A stretch of DNA of 64,000 nucleotides from Steroidobacteraceae bacterium (GTDB lineage: Bacteria; Pseudomonadota; Gammaproteobacteria; Steroidobacterales; Steroidobacteraceae): positions 6,478 through 70,477 of the forward strand of contig DASXDL010000041.1 of assembly GCA_036490715.1 (NCBI GenBank). The letters are read 5' to 3'. Made by a program: the position numbers and the translations under genes. How positions within the stretch are numbered: position 1 is the first letter of the stretch; each line of letters begins with the position of its first letter. A model generated the notes under the pieces. That model saw only the letters and a list, made by a program, of their open reading frames with translations, was not told the origin of the DNA and searched no databases. This document shows, piece by piece, positions 36,113 through 44,968 of the stretch.

Positions 36113-36982
36113 TTAGGCGCCGCGTGCCGCCGCGCGATCGACCGCACGCACGGTGTAACCGCCCGACTTCTCATCGGCCTGCAGCTCCAGAAAGCCGCGT
36201 TTCTGCGCTTCGGCCAGCAGGTCGTTGAACGAGCGAAAGCCATGGGCGCGCTCGTTGAAGCCCGGGTGGCGACGCTTGATGGCCTGCTTGATCATCGAGC
36301 CCCAGATCGGCTCGTTCTCGCCGCGCTCCTCCGCCACCGCTTCCAGCGTCTCGATCACCAGGTCGAGGGCGTCGGCACGGTCCGGGCCGGCCGGCGCTGC
36401 GGGCGCAGTGCCGCCGCTGGCGGCGCCGCTGGCGGCGCTGGTACTGCCGGCCGCGGACCGCCGGCGCGAACGCGACGGGGCTTTGCGCACCAGGTCGTCG
36501 TAGTAGATGAACTCATCGCAGTTATTGATGAACAGATCCGAGCTCGAATTCTTGACGCCGACCCCGATCACGGTCTTGGCGTTCTCGCGCAGCTTGCTCA
36601 CCAGCGGCGAGAAATCCGAATCGCCGCTGATGATCACGAAGGTGTCGACGTGCCCCTTGGTGTAGCACAGGTCGAGCGCGTCCACGACCATGCGGATGTC
36701 GGCCGAATTCTTGCCGGACTGGCGCACGTGCGGAATCTCGATCAGCTCGAACGCGGCCTCATGCAGGTCGCGCTTGAAATCCTTGTAGCGATCGAAATCG
36801 CAGTAGGCCTTCTTGACCACGATGTGGCCCTTGAGCAGCAGCCGTTCGAGCACCTTTTCGATGTCGAAGCTGGGGTAATTGGCATCGCGCGCACCGAGCG
36901 CGATGTTCTCTAGGTCGAGGAACACGGCCATCGTGGTCTCGGCCGTGACCGGCGGTTGATTATGCATAGCGGCTCGCATCAT
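36113..36982 (-). CDS. NYN (LabA/PIN-like RNase) domain protein with C-terminal OST-HTH/LOTUS domain
   Basis: MAVFLDLENIA...DIRMVVDAL...VIISGDSDFSPLV is NYN-like. An Ala/Ser/Arg linker follows. The C-terminal WGSMIKQAIKRRHPGFNERAHGFRSFNDLL is LOTUS-like. The start is either 36982 or 36931. Confidence 0.8.
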   Translation of the reverse strand: MMRAAMHNQPPVTAETTMAVFLDLENIALGARDANYPSFDIEKVLERLLLKGHIVVKKAYCDFDRYKDFKRDLHEAAFELIEIPHVRQSGKNSADIRMVVDALDLCYTKGHVDTFVIISGDSDFSPLVSKLRENAKTVIGVGVKNSSSDLFINNCDEFIYYDDLVRKAPSRSRRRSAAGSTSAASGAASGGTAPAAPAGPDRADALDLVIETLEAVAEERGENEPIWGSMIKQAIKRRHPGFNERAHGFRSFNDLLAEAQKRGFLELQADEKSGGYTVRAVDRAAARGA

Positions 36983-37029
36983 GACCGCTCCGGCGATTCA
37001 ACGCGAGGCGGATGTGAGCGCGCGGGCGC

Positions 37030-38262
37030 CTACGGCAGATTCTGCAGCGCTGCGAACGTGCCCGGCGCGCTCGCTAGCTGCAGCAGTACCCCGGGGCTGT
37101 TGGTAGTCACGCCATTGACGATCGGGTGGGTCGCACTGGTGGCCACGACGATGTCGATCAGGCCATCGCCGTTGACGTCGGCCAGCGCCACCTCGTTGGC
37201 ATCCTGCACCGGGTAGTTGCTGGCCGCCAGGAACGTGCCCGCAGTGGCAGAATTTTGCAGCAGCACGCTGACCACGTTGGTGCCGCCGATGATGATGTCC
37301 GGCAGCGTGTCGCCGTTGACATCAGCGATCAGGATCGACTGCGCCAGCGATCCGGGCGCGGTGGCGTAGGCGACCGGTGCCAGGAACTGGCCCGGATGCG
37401 TCGCATCCTGCAGCAGCACTTCGACCATCGGCGCGCTGCCGTCCGGCGGACCCGGATCGGTGATGATCAGATCATTGAAACCATCGCCGTTGACGTCGGC
37501 GATCGCGATCAGATTGGCGCCGGCCAGTCCTGCAGTCTCGGTGTACGCCGTGACCGGTGCGGCAAACGTCGTGGCGGTCGCGGCACCGGTGTGCAGCAGC
37601 AGCTTGACGCCGACGTTGTCGGTGAGCGCCACATCCGGCGAGCCATCGTGATTGAGATCGCCGACCGCCACCCAGTTGGCACCGCCGGAATAAAGCGGAA
37701 TCGGCGCGGCAAACGTGCCGGGCGCGGTCTGCAGGAACAGCGACACGTTGTAGTCGGCCGACACCAGATCGGGCAGGCCGTCGCCGTTCATGTCACCGAC
37801 CGCAACCTGCGAGGCGCCGGGCGAGGACAGAATGATCGGTGCACTGAAGGAGCCTTTGCTCGTGGCACTGTTCAGGAATACCGCCAGCGCGCCATCCTCG
37901 AAACTGGCCGAGACGATGTCGGGCACGCCGTCGTGATTGATATCGGCGGCGAGCAGATAGAGCGGATTGTTGCCGTCGCTGATCAGCACCGGCGCGGCGA
38001 ACGCGCCGATGCCGGTCGACAGATAGGCCCTCAGGTTTCCGGCGAACGGCGGGCCGCCGCTCTTGACCGTGCTGGTCTGCACGATCGACGGAAATCCAAT
38101 GCCGTTGAAGGCGGCGGCGACCAGTCCATACGACACCTCAAAAGGCATCGGCGGGACGAAGTTGCAGTTAATGCAGTCGTGGTCATCGCCACAGCTCGAC
38201 AGTCCGACCAGGGCAGTGGCCAGCAGTGCGACATTGCGGAATCGAGCGGTGGCTTTTGGCAT
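37030..38262 (-). CDS. FG-GAP/VCBS repeat lipoprotein (seven-bladed propeller-like)
   Basis: ATG at 38262 gives MPKATARFRNVALLATALVGLSSCG (lipobox). There are about seven repeats carrying D-x-N-x-D-G-x-x-D (ADVNGDGLIDIV, GDMNGDGLPDLV and others). Confidence 0.8.
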   Translation of the reverse strand: MPKATARFRNVALLATALVGLSSCGDDHDCINCNFVPPMPFEVSYGLVAAAFNGIGFPSIVQTSTVKSGGPPFAGNLRAYLSTGIGAFAAPVLISDGNNPLYLLAADINHDGVPDIVSASFEDGALAVFLNSATSKGSFSAPIILSSPGASQVAVGDMNGDGLPDLVSADYNVSLFLQTAPGTFAAPIPLYSGGANWVAVGDLNHDGSPDVALTDNVGVKLLLHTGAATATTFAAPVTAYTETAGLAGANLIAIADVNGDGFNDLIITDPGPPDGSAPMVEVLLQDATHPGQFLAPVAYATAPGSLAQSILIADVNGDTLPDIIIGGTNVVSVLLQNSATAGTFLAASNYPVQDANEVALADVNGDGLIDIVVATSATHPIVNGVTTNSPGVLLQLASAPGTFAALQNLP

Positions 38263-38380
38263 CAGACCCGTCCCGGCCGAAGTGCAGCGTGGTGAGGGGA
38301 AAAGGCGATCATCGTCCAAACGATTCAGCCGCGGCGCGGTTGACCGTTCGGCGGCCCAGCCCGCGCCCCAGCTGCATGCC

Positions 38381-38396
38381 TCCCGAACGTTCGGGA
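38381..38396. repeat. perfect 16-bp palindrome TCCCGAACGTTCGGGA
   Basis: Read directly from the sequence. It lies between the Gly/Ser-rich gene stop (38490) and the FG-GAP gene start (38262). Confidence 0.9.
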
Positions 38397-38489
38397 ACAG
38401 CGTTACTGTAACAACAGAGGATCAGAATTTAGCCTAGAAGTGGACATTGGATCAGTTTCAGATTCAATCACCGGCTGTGCGCGGCGCCC

Positions 38490-38855
38490 TTATCGTGCTC
38501 CCGAACTTGAGGACGGTGAGCGGTAGCCGCCCGAATTAGCGCCCGAAGACGAGCTCGACATGCGACCGCCCGAGGACGAAGTACCGCCCATGCCCGAGCT
38601 CGATGAACTCGAAGAGCTCGATGCACTGGACGTCCCACCTGGACGGCGTGCACCCGGTGCCATCGGAGTCGCCGGCGCAGTCGAGGAAGGTGGGGCTGCA
38701 CCGCCCGGTGTACCGCCCGTGCTTTGACCAGGTGCTGACGCGCCGGCCGCGCCCCCAGCTGCCCCGCCGCCGCCACCGGTCTGAGCCAACACGGCAATGG
38801 ATGCCCCGGTGCCGATCACGACCGCCATCAGGCTGGCCCACTTCGCTGCTCGCAT
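38490..38855 (-). CDS. Gly/Ser/Ala/Pro-rich low-complexity secreted protein
   Basis: A strong SD (AAGGAGA) lies 5 nt upstream of the ATG at 38855. Signal-like MRAAKWASLMAVVIGTGASIAVLAQ. The rest is G/S/A/P/T-rich, including a run of nine Ser. Confidence 0.55.
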   Translation of the reverse strand: MRAAKWASLMAVVIGTGASIAVLAQTGGGGGAAGGAAGASAPGQSTGGTPGGAAPPSSTAPATPMAPGARRPGGTSSASSSSSSSSSGMGGTSSSGGRMSSSSSGANSGGYRSPSSSSGAR

Positions 38856-39308
38856 CGCGCTCTCCTTGATCGTTGTGTTTCCGGTCGCAACGCTAGCGCG
38901 CCTGTCGCGGCCTGCGTGTCGGACCGCGGCTCAGTGCGAAGTCAGGCGCGCAGGCGCGTACCCGCGGCGGCCACCGACAACGGATCGGTCAGCATTAACC
39001 GCAAATGGCTGCAATGGGCACGCCGCTCAGTGTCGGCCGGGCCGCCGGAGCGCGACGCGAGGGCTGCCTCGATCGACCCCGGAACGGGTACTGCTAGAGC
39101 GCTGTCCGAGTGACTGAAGAGGCGCTGCAGCAGCCGCCCGGTCGGGCGTCGTTCGGCGGCCTCGGGCGTGGCGATTTGCGCAGGCTAAATGAACTGTGAC
39201 CGGTTTCGCGTTTTCCGCCTCGAGCACGCGGTCGCGACGTTCGCAATCAGGAATATGTGTGATGTCTGCCGACACCAAAACATTGCGCTCAGATAACGTC
39301 GTTTGAGA

Positions 39309-41489
39309 ATGCCAACCGCAGAAGAGCAACCGCCCTTGTCGGCCTCACAGACCCCAGCCGCCGGTGCCCAGTTCCAGGGCTACCCGCGCCGCTGCGTGCT
39401 GATCATCGACGATGATCCGGCGTTCGCGCTGCTGGCCGGCGAAACCCTGCAGCAGGCCGGGTTCGAGGCGCGCATCGCGCTCAACAGCAAGGAAGCGATC
39501 ACCTCGTTCGAGCAGGGCAAGCCCGACCTGGTGCTGCTGGACGTCGAATTGCCCGGCAGCAACGGCTTTGATCTGTGTGCCACGCTGCGGCTGATGAGCC
39601 CAGGCATCGATGTGCCGATCGTCATGGTCACCGGGCACGATGACACCGAGTCGATTGCCCAGGCCTACCAGGCTGGCGCTACCGATTTCATCCACAAGCC
39701 GGTGCTGTGGCCGACGCTGCCCCATCGGGTGGGCTTCATCCTGCGGGCGCGCGACAGCATGCTGGCATTACAGGCCACCGAGCAGAAAAATCGGGCGCTG
39801 CTGCAGGCCCTGCCCGACACCATCTTCATCATCGGACGCGACGGCGTGCTGATCGAGCACATCACCGGTGACGCCAAGGGCAGCGGCAAGAATCTGGTCG
39901 GCCGCTCGCTCGAGCAGGTGCTGCCGGCCGCCGTTGCGCTGGCCGCCCGTCAGGCGGTGAGCAGCCCGAATCGCCTCGAGCTGTCCACGCACGAGTTCGT
40001 GGTGGGCAAGGGCAAGGACCAGCGCTCGTTCGAAGCACGCTTGCGGCCGCAGCCCAATGGCACGCTGCTGGTCGTCACCCGCGACACCACCGAGCGGCGC
40101 AAGGCCAAGGCGCGCATCGAGTACCTGGCGTATTACGACATCCTGACCGGACTGGCCAATCGGCAGCAGTTCGTGCGCGAGGCCGGTGGCGCCATGCGCG
40201 CCGCCAAGGAAAGCGGCCAGATGATGGCGCTGCTGTACCTGGACCTGGACCGTTTCAAGCGCATCAACGACAACCTCGGACACTCGGTCGGCGACGCGCT
40301 GCTGAAGAACGTCGCCCGCCGGCTCGAGCACAGTACCCGGCCGGCGGACGTCGCCACGCCGAGCGCCGACAATCAGCGCCAGGCGCGGGTCGCGCGCCTG
40401 GGCGGAGACGAGTTCGTGGTGCTGCTCACCGGTCTGACCGACGAGGCGCAGACCGCGGCGGTCGCCAACCGCATTCGCCAGTCGCTGGGCGAACCGCTCG
40501 ACTGCGGTGGCCACCGGCTGGTGGTGACGCCGAGCATCGGCATCGCGCTGTATCCGCAGGATGGCACCGATATCGAGGATCTGCTGGTCAAGGCCGACAT
40601 GGCGATGTACCAGGCCAAGGACCAGGGTCGCAACGGCTACGCCTTTTACGGTCACTCGATGGCGGTGCGCTCGCTCGGGCGTCTGGAACTCGAGAACGAT
40701 CTGCGCACCGCGTTTCAGAACAATGAATTCCAGATCTACTACCAGCCCAAGGTCGAGCTTGCGACCGGCGCCATTGTCGGCGTGGAAGCGCTGCTGCGCT
40801 GGCATCACGCCACGCGCGGTTGGATCGCTCCGGACGTGTTCATCCCGGTGGCCGAGGAGACCGGGCTGATCGCCGAGCTGGGCGACTGGGTGATCCGTGA
40901 ATGCTGCAAGCAGCTCAGCGCCTGGGCCAACGATGGCCTCGGCTACCTGTCGATCGCCGTCAACGTCTCGGTGCAGCAGTTCGCCCGCATGGATTTCGTC
41001 GAATCGGTGCTGCGCTCGATGTGGCACTACAGCGTGCGTCCGGAGAAACTCGAGCTCGAGATCACCGAGAGCCTGCTGATGCGCAACGTCGATGATACGA
41101 CCTCGTGCATGAAGCGCTTTCGGGCCGCCGGCGTCACGCTGTCGATCGACGACTTCGGCACCGGCTATTCCTCGCTCGGCTACCTGCGCCAGTTTCCGGT
41201 CGACGCACTCAAGATCGACCGCTCGTTCGTCAAGGATCTGCATACCAGTGACGACGACGCCGCGATCTGCGCCGCCATCATCGCGATGGCGCGCGAGCTC
41301 AAGCTGAAGGTCATCGCCGAAGGCGTGTCCAACATCGAGCAGCTCGATTTTCTGCGCCAACACCGCTGCGACCAGGTGCAGGGCTACCTGATCAGCCAGC
41401 CGATTCCGGTCGCCGACCTGCTGAATCTGCTGCGCAATACGCCTTCGATCCTGGCGGTCAATCCGGCAGCTCCGGACAGCGCCCCGTGA
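39309..41489 (+). CDS. response regulator with PAS, GGDEF and EAL domains
   Basis: REC domain (LIIDDDP...LLDVELPG...KP), a PAS domain, intact RLGGDEF and EAL (VEALLRW, DDFGTGYSSL). An alternative TTG start lies at 39303. Confidence 0.92.
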   Translation: MPTAEEQPPLSASQTPAAGAQFQGYPRRCVLIIDDDPAFALLAGETLQQAGFEARIALNSKEAITSFEQGKPDLVLLDVELPGSNGFDLCATLRLMSPGIDVPIVMVTGHDDTESIAQAYQAGATDFIHKPVLWPTLPHRVGFILRARDSMLALQATEQKNRALLQALPDTIFIIGRDGVLIEHITGDAKGSGKNLVGRSLEQVLPAAVALAARQAVSSPNRLELSTHEFVVGKGKDQRSFEARLRPQPNGTLLVVTRDTTERRKAKARIEYLAYYDILTGLANRQQFVREAGGAMRAAKESGQMMALLYLDLDRFKRINDNLGHSVGDALLKNVARRLEHSTRPADVATPSADNQRQARVARLGGDEFVVLLTGLTDEAQTAAVANRIRQSLGEPLDCGGHRLVVTPSIGIALYPQDGTDIEDLLVKADMAMYQAKDQGRNGYAFYGHSMAVRSLGRLELENDLRTAFQNNEFQIYYQPKVELATGAIVGVEALLRWHHATRGWIAPDVFIPVAEETGLIAELGDWVIRECCKQLSAWANDGLGYLSIAVNVSVQQFARMDFVESVLRSMWHYSVRPEKLELEITESLLMRNVDDTTSCMKRFRAAGVTLSIDDFGTGYSSLGYLRQFPVDALKIDRSFVKDLHTSDDDAAICAAIIAMARELKLKVIAEGVSNIEQLDFLRQHRCDQVQGYLISQPIPVADLLNLLRNTPSILAVNPAAPDSAP

Positions 41490-44311
41490 CTGCGTGGCTG
41501 ATCCAATGGGTCGGCAGGCTGGCGCTGCGGGCCAAGCTGCGGGTGATCGTGCTGTACGCGGCGGCCGTGGCGCTGGTCATGACCGGCGCGATGTACTACT
41601 GCGGCGAGATGTTCAAGCTGCGCCTGGCGGAAGCCCAGCAGCTGGCGACCCTGGCAACCGCGGTCGGCGAGAATACCGCCGGCCTGATGAAATCCGCCAA
41701 CCGCGTGCCGGTGCGCCGCTCGCTCGGCACGTTGCGCAGCGACGGCGACGTGCGCGCAGCCGCGCTGTTTGACGTCGCCGCCAATCCGATTGCCGACATC
41801 AGTTTCGGCACCGATGTGGCCTCTACCTCTGATCGGCTGCGGGCCTGGGCGCTCGACGCCGGCGGCGCCGACAAGCAGCCGATCCGCTTCGACGGCATGA
41901 CCGGCGTCAAGATCCAGGTGCCGGTGGTATTGGACGGTGAGCGCCTCGGCACGCTGCACGTCGAAGCGGTGCTGAGCCGCTTCTATCGCCAGTTGCCCGG
42001 TACGCCGCTGGCGATGTTGCTGGCAGTCGCGCTGGCCTTAGCGGTGGCCTACACGCTGTCGATCCGGCTGCAGCGTTTCATCTCCGCTCCGATTCGCGAT
42101 CTGGCCCAGGTGGCGCGCAATGTCTGCGCCAGCAAGAACTTTTCCATCCGTGCGCAGAAGGAAACCCAGGACGACTTCGGCGCGCTGATCGACGATTTCA
42201 ACGAGATGCTGGCCGAGCTCGAGCGCCGCGACCTGAATCTGCGGCTGTATCAGAACGAGCTGGAAAAGCGCGTACGTGAGCGTACCGCCCGGCTGGATAC
42301 GGCGGTGGCCGAGGCGCAGGAGTCATTGCAGCGCGCCGAGAAGGCCAGCCGTGCCAAGAGTGAATTCCTGGCGCGCATGAGCCACGAGATCCGCACGCCG
42401 ATGAATGGCGTGCTCGGCATGGCCGAGCTGCTGCGACACTCGACCACGCTCGATGCCCGTCAGCGCCGCTACGCCGCCACCATTCACCAGTCCGGCAGCG
42501 CGCTGCTGGACATCATCAATGACATTCTGGATTTCTCGAAGATCGAAGCCGGCAAGCTCGAGCTCGATGTCGCGCCGTTCGGTCTGCGCGACATCGTCGA
42601 GGACGCCATCGACATCCTGGCCGAGCGCGCCCACACCAAGGGACTGGAGCTGATCTGCGATATCGCATCCGAGTTCGACACCCGCGTCAGCGGTGACGGC
42701 CAGCGGCTGCGCCAGATCATCATCAATCTGCTCAGCAACGCGGTGAAGTTCACCGAGCGCGGCGAGGTCAAGATCACGGTGCGGCACGAAGGCGCCGGCC
42801 TGACCAATTCGCAGTTCCGGTTCGAGGTCAAGGACACCGGCATCGGCATCAAGCCCGAGAACTGCAACGCGATCTTTGAATCATTCGCGCAGGAGGACAG
42901 CTCGACCACGCGCCAGTACGGTGGCACCGGGCTGGGACTGGCGATCTGCAAGCAGCTGGTGGAGTTGATGGGCGGGCAGATCGGCGTGTCGAGCACGCCG
43001 GGCGAGGGATCGACCTTCTATTTCTCGGTGCCGCTGGCGACCGATCCGACCGCGGAGCGCGAGCGACGCACCACCGTGCTCAATCGCACCCGCATGCTGA
43101 TCGTGGATGACAACACCACCAATCGCGAGATCATGCGCCATCACCTGCAAAGCTGGGGCGTGGTCGTGACCGAGGCGACCTCGGGGCGGCATGCGCTCGA
43201 GATACTGGACAAGGCGCTCGGCGGCCAGTTTGACGTATTGATCGTCGACGGTCAGATGCCGGACATGAAGGGCGCCGCGCTGGCATCGAGCATTCGCGCG
43301 CGGCCGCAGTTTGCCGGGGTGTCGGTGCTGATGATGACCTCGACCCTGTCGTCGGCCCCGGTGCCCGACCAGGCCAGCGACGGCGCCACCGCCTGGTTGA
43401 GCAAGCCGGTACGTCGGGCCCAGCTGCACGCCTGCCTGGCCTCGCTGGTCACCAATCTGGCGCTGTCCTCGGATGCCACGCTCAGCGGCCCGCGGCCGGA
43501 GACGATTGCGCTGTTGCAGGCGGAGAAGAAGCGCTCGAGCGTGCGCCGGGTACTGCTGGTCGAGGACAATCCGGTCAACCAGGAAGTCGCGCAGGCGATG
43601 CTGCTAGAGCTGGGAGTCGAGACCGTCAGCGCCTGGAGCGGCGAAGAGGCGCTGGAGAAGATGTTCGCCGAGAGCTTCGAAGTGGTGCTGATGGATTGCC
43701 AGATGCCCAAGCTCGACGGTTACGCCGCCACCCAGCGCTATCGCGACTGGGAAAAGGAGCATCAGCGGGCGCGCACGCCGATCGTCGCACTGACCGCCAA
43801 TGCACTCAGCGGCGATGCCGAGAAATGCTTCGCCGCCGGCATGGACCGCTACCTCAGCAAGCCATTCTCCGGTGACCAGCTGTACCAGGTACTGGAATCG
43901 TGCGTGACCGATGCCGCGCCGCCCGAGATTGAAGCCGAGACCCCGACCCGCAAGGAGCTCGTGTTGCTCGACCGGCAGGCGCTCGGACGCATCCGCGCGC
44001 TGCACCGGCCCGGCGGCCCGAACCTTTTGGCCAAGGTTCTGGGGCTGTACTCGTCAAGCTCGCTGGCGCTCACCGAAGCGCTGCGCACCGGGCTTTCGGG
44101 CAACGATGCCGAGAGCATTCGCCAGGCCGCACACGCGCTCAAGTCCAGCAGCGCCAATGTCGGGGCGATGGCATTCGCCGAGCTGTGCAAGGAAGTCGAA
44201 GTAGCCGCCTCCAAGGGCGAAATCGAGCACGCGCGGGTGTTGATCGACGGCCTTCTGGCCGAGCACAAGAAGGTCCTTGAGGCGCTGGATGCGCAGAGCC
44301 TGGCGGCCTGA
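41486..44311 (+). CDS. hybrid sensor histidine kinase (periplasmic sensor, HAMP, HisKA, HATPase, two REC, Hpt)
   Basis: The GTG start overlaps the upstream stop (GTGA). H-box SHEIRTPMNGVLG. G-boxes GTGLGLAI. REC domains contain VDGQMPDMKG and MDCQMPKLDG. Hpt motif AHALKSSSANVGA. Confidence 0.92.
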   Translation: MTAWLIQWVGRLALRAKLRVIVLYAAAVALVMTGAMYYCGEMFKLRLAEAQQLATLATAVGENTAGLMKSANRVPVRRSLGTLRSDGDVRAAALFDVAANPIADISFGTDVASTSDRLRAWALDAGGADKQPIRFDGMTGVKIQVPVVLDGERLGTLHVEAVLSRFYRQLPGTPLAMLLAVALALAVAYTLSIRLQRFISAPIRDLAQVARNVCASKNFSIRAQKETQDDFGALIDDFNEMLAELERRDLNLRLYQNELEKRVRERTARLDTAVAEAQESLQRAEKASRAKSEFLARMSHEIRTPMNGVLGMAELLRHSTTLDARQRRYAATIHQSGSALLDIINDILDFSKIEAGKLELDVAPFGLRDIVEDAIDILAERAHTKGLELICDIASEFDTRVSGDGQRLRQIIINLLSNAVKFTERGEVKITVRHEGAGLTNSQFRFEVKDTGIGIKPENCNAIFESFAQEDSSTTRQYGGTGLGLAICKQLVELMGGQIGVSSTPGEGSTFYFSVPLATDPTAERERRTTVLNRTRMLIVDDNTTNREIMRHHLQSWGVVVTEATSGRHALEILDKALGGQFDVLIVDGQMPDMKGAALASSIRARPQFAGVSVLMMTSTLSSAPVPDQASDGATAWLSKPVRRAQLHACLASLVTNLALSSDATLSGPRPETIALLQAEKKRSSVRRVLLVEDNPVNQEVAQAMLLELGVETVSAWSGEEALEKMFAESFEVVLMDCQMPKLDGYAATQRYRDWEKEHQRARTPIVALTANALSGDAEKCFAAGMDRYLSKPFSGDQLYQVLESCVTDAAPPEIEAETPTRKELVLLDRQALGRIRALHRPGGPNLLAKVLGLYSSSSLALTEALRTGLSGNDAESIRQAAHALKSSSANVGAMAFAELCKEVEVAASKGEIEHARVLIDGLLAEHKKVLEALDAQSLAA

Positions 44312-44393
44312 CGGTCGCTGGCGTTCTGCTCTAGAATAATCGGCCGGCCAGGGTTGCTGGCACGGCCAATCATCGCCCAGGGAGTCATCCAAC

Positions 44394-44936
44394 ATGAAGA
44401 ATCGTTCTGCTGTTCTGCTGCTGTCGGCGGCGCTGTCGCTGGGCGTCGGTCTGTCGCTGGCGGCCGATCAGCCTGCGAGCCCGGCAGCCAATCCGCTCGA
44501 TGCCATTCCCGACAAGATGCCGTTCAACACCCCGTACGGCGCGCCGATCTCACTGCCGCGGGCGCAGGCGCTGATTGCGGCCGCGATCGCCGAGGCCAGC
44601 AAGCGTGGCTGGCCATTGAACGTCGCGGTGGTGGATTCGGGCGCCAACCTGGTGGCGTTCGCGCGCATGGACGGCGCGCAGCTGGCCTCGATCGCGATCG
44701 CCGAACACAAGGCACGCAGCGCCGCCAAGTACCGGCGCCCGACCAAGGCGTTTGAGGATGCGGTGCAGAAGGGCGGTTACACCTACGTTCTGTCGCTCGA
44801 TGACCTGGTCGCGTCCCGCGGCGGGATCCCGCTGATCGAGGACGGCAAGCTGATCGGCGCCATTGGCTGTTCCGGCGGCACCGGCTCGCAGGACGAAGTG
44901 GCATGCACCGCCGGAGCCGCAGCGCTCGGCAAGTAA
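44394..44936 (+). CDS. GlcG/HbpS-like (DUF336) protein with signal peptide
   Basis: MKNRSAVLLLSAALSLGVGLSLA followed by the typical ...AIAEHKARSAA...GGIPL...GAIGCSGGTGSQDE. Confidence 0.8.
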   Translation: MKNRSAVLLLSAALSLGVGLSLAADQPASPAANPLDAIPDKMPFNTPYGAPISLPRAQALIAAAIAEASKRGWPLNVAVVDSGANLVAFARMDGAQLASIAIAEHKARSAAKYRRPTKAFEDAVQKGGYTYVLSLDDLVASRGGIPLIEDGKLIGAIGCSGGTGSQDEVACTAGAAALGK

Positions 44937-44968
44937 GGCGCTGACTCGATCCTCGCGGGCATGCGCCG

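Noticed and set aside
38856-39302. c-di-GMP riboswitch (GEMM-like) upstream of the GGDEF-EAL gene
   Set aside because: A fragment (ccgcaaatggctgcaatgggcacgcc) superficially recalls GEMM-I A-rich and GC-rich segments. I could not align the conserved GGCAAACC / ACGCAAAGCC elements or the paired stems. Only a covariance-model scan could revive this idea.
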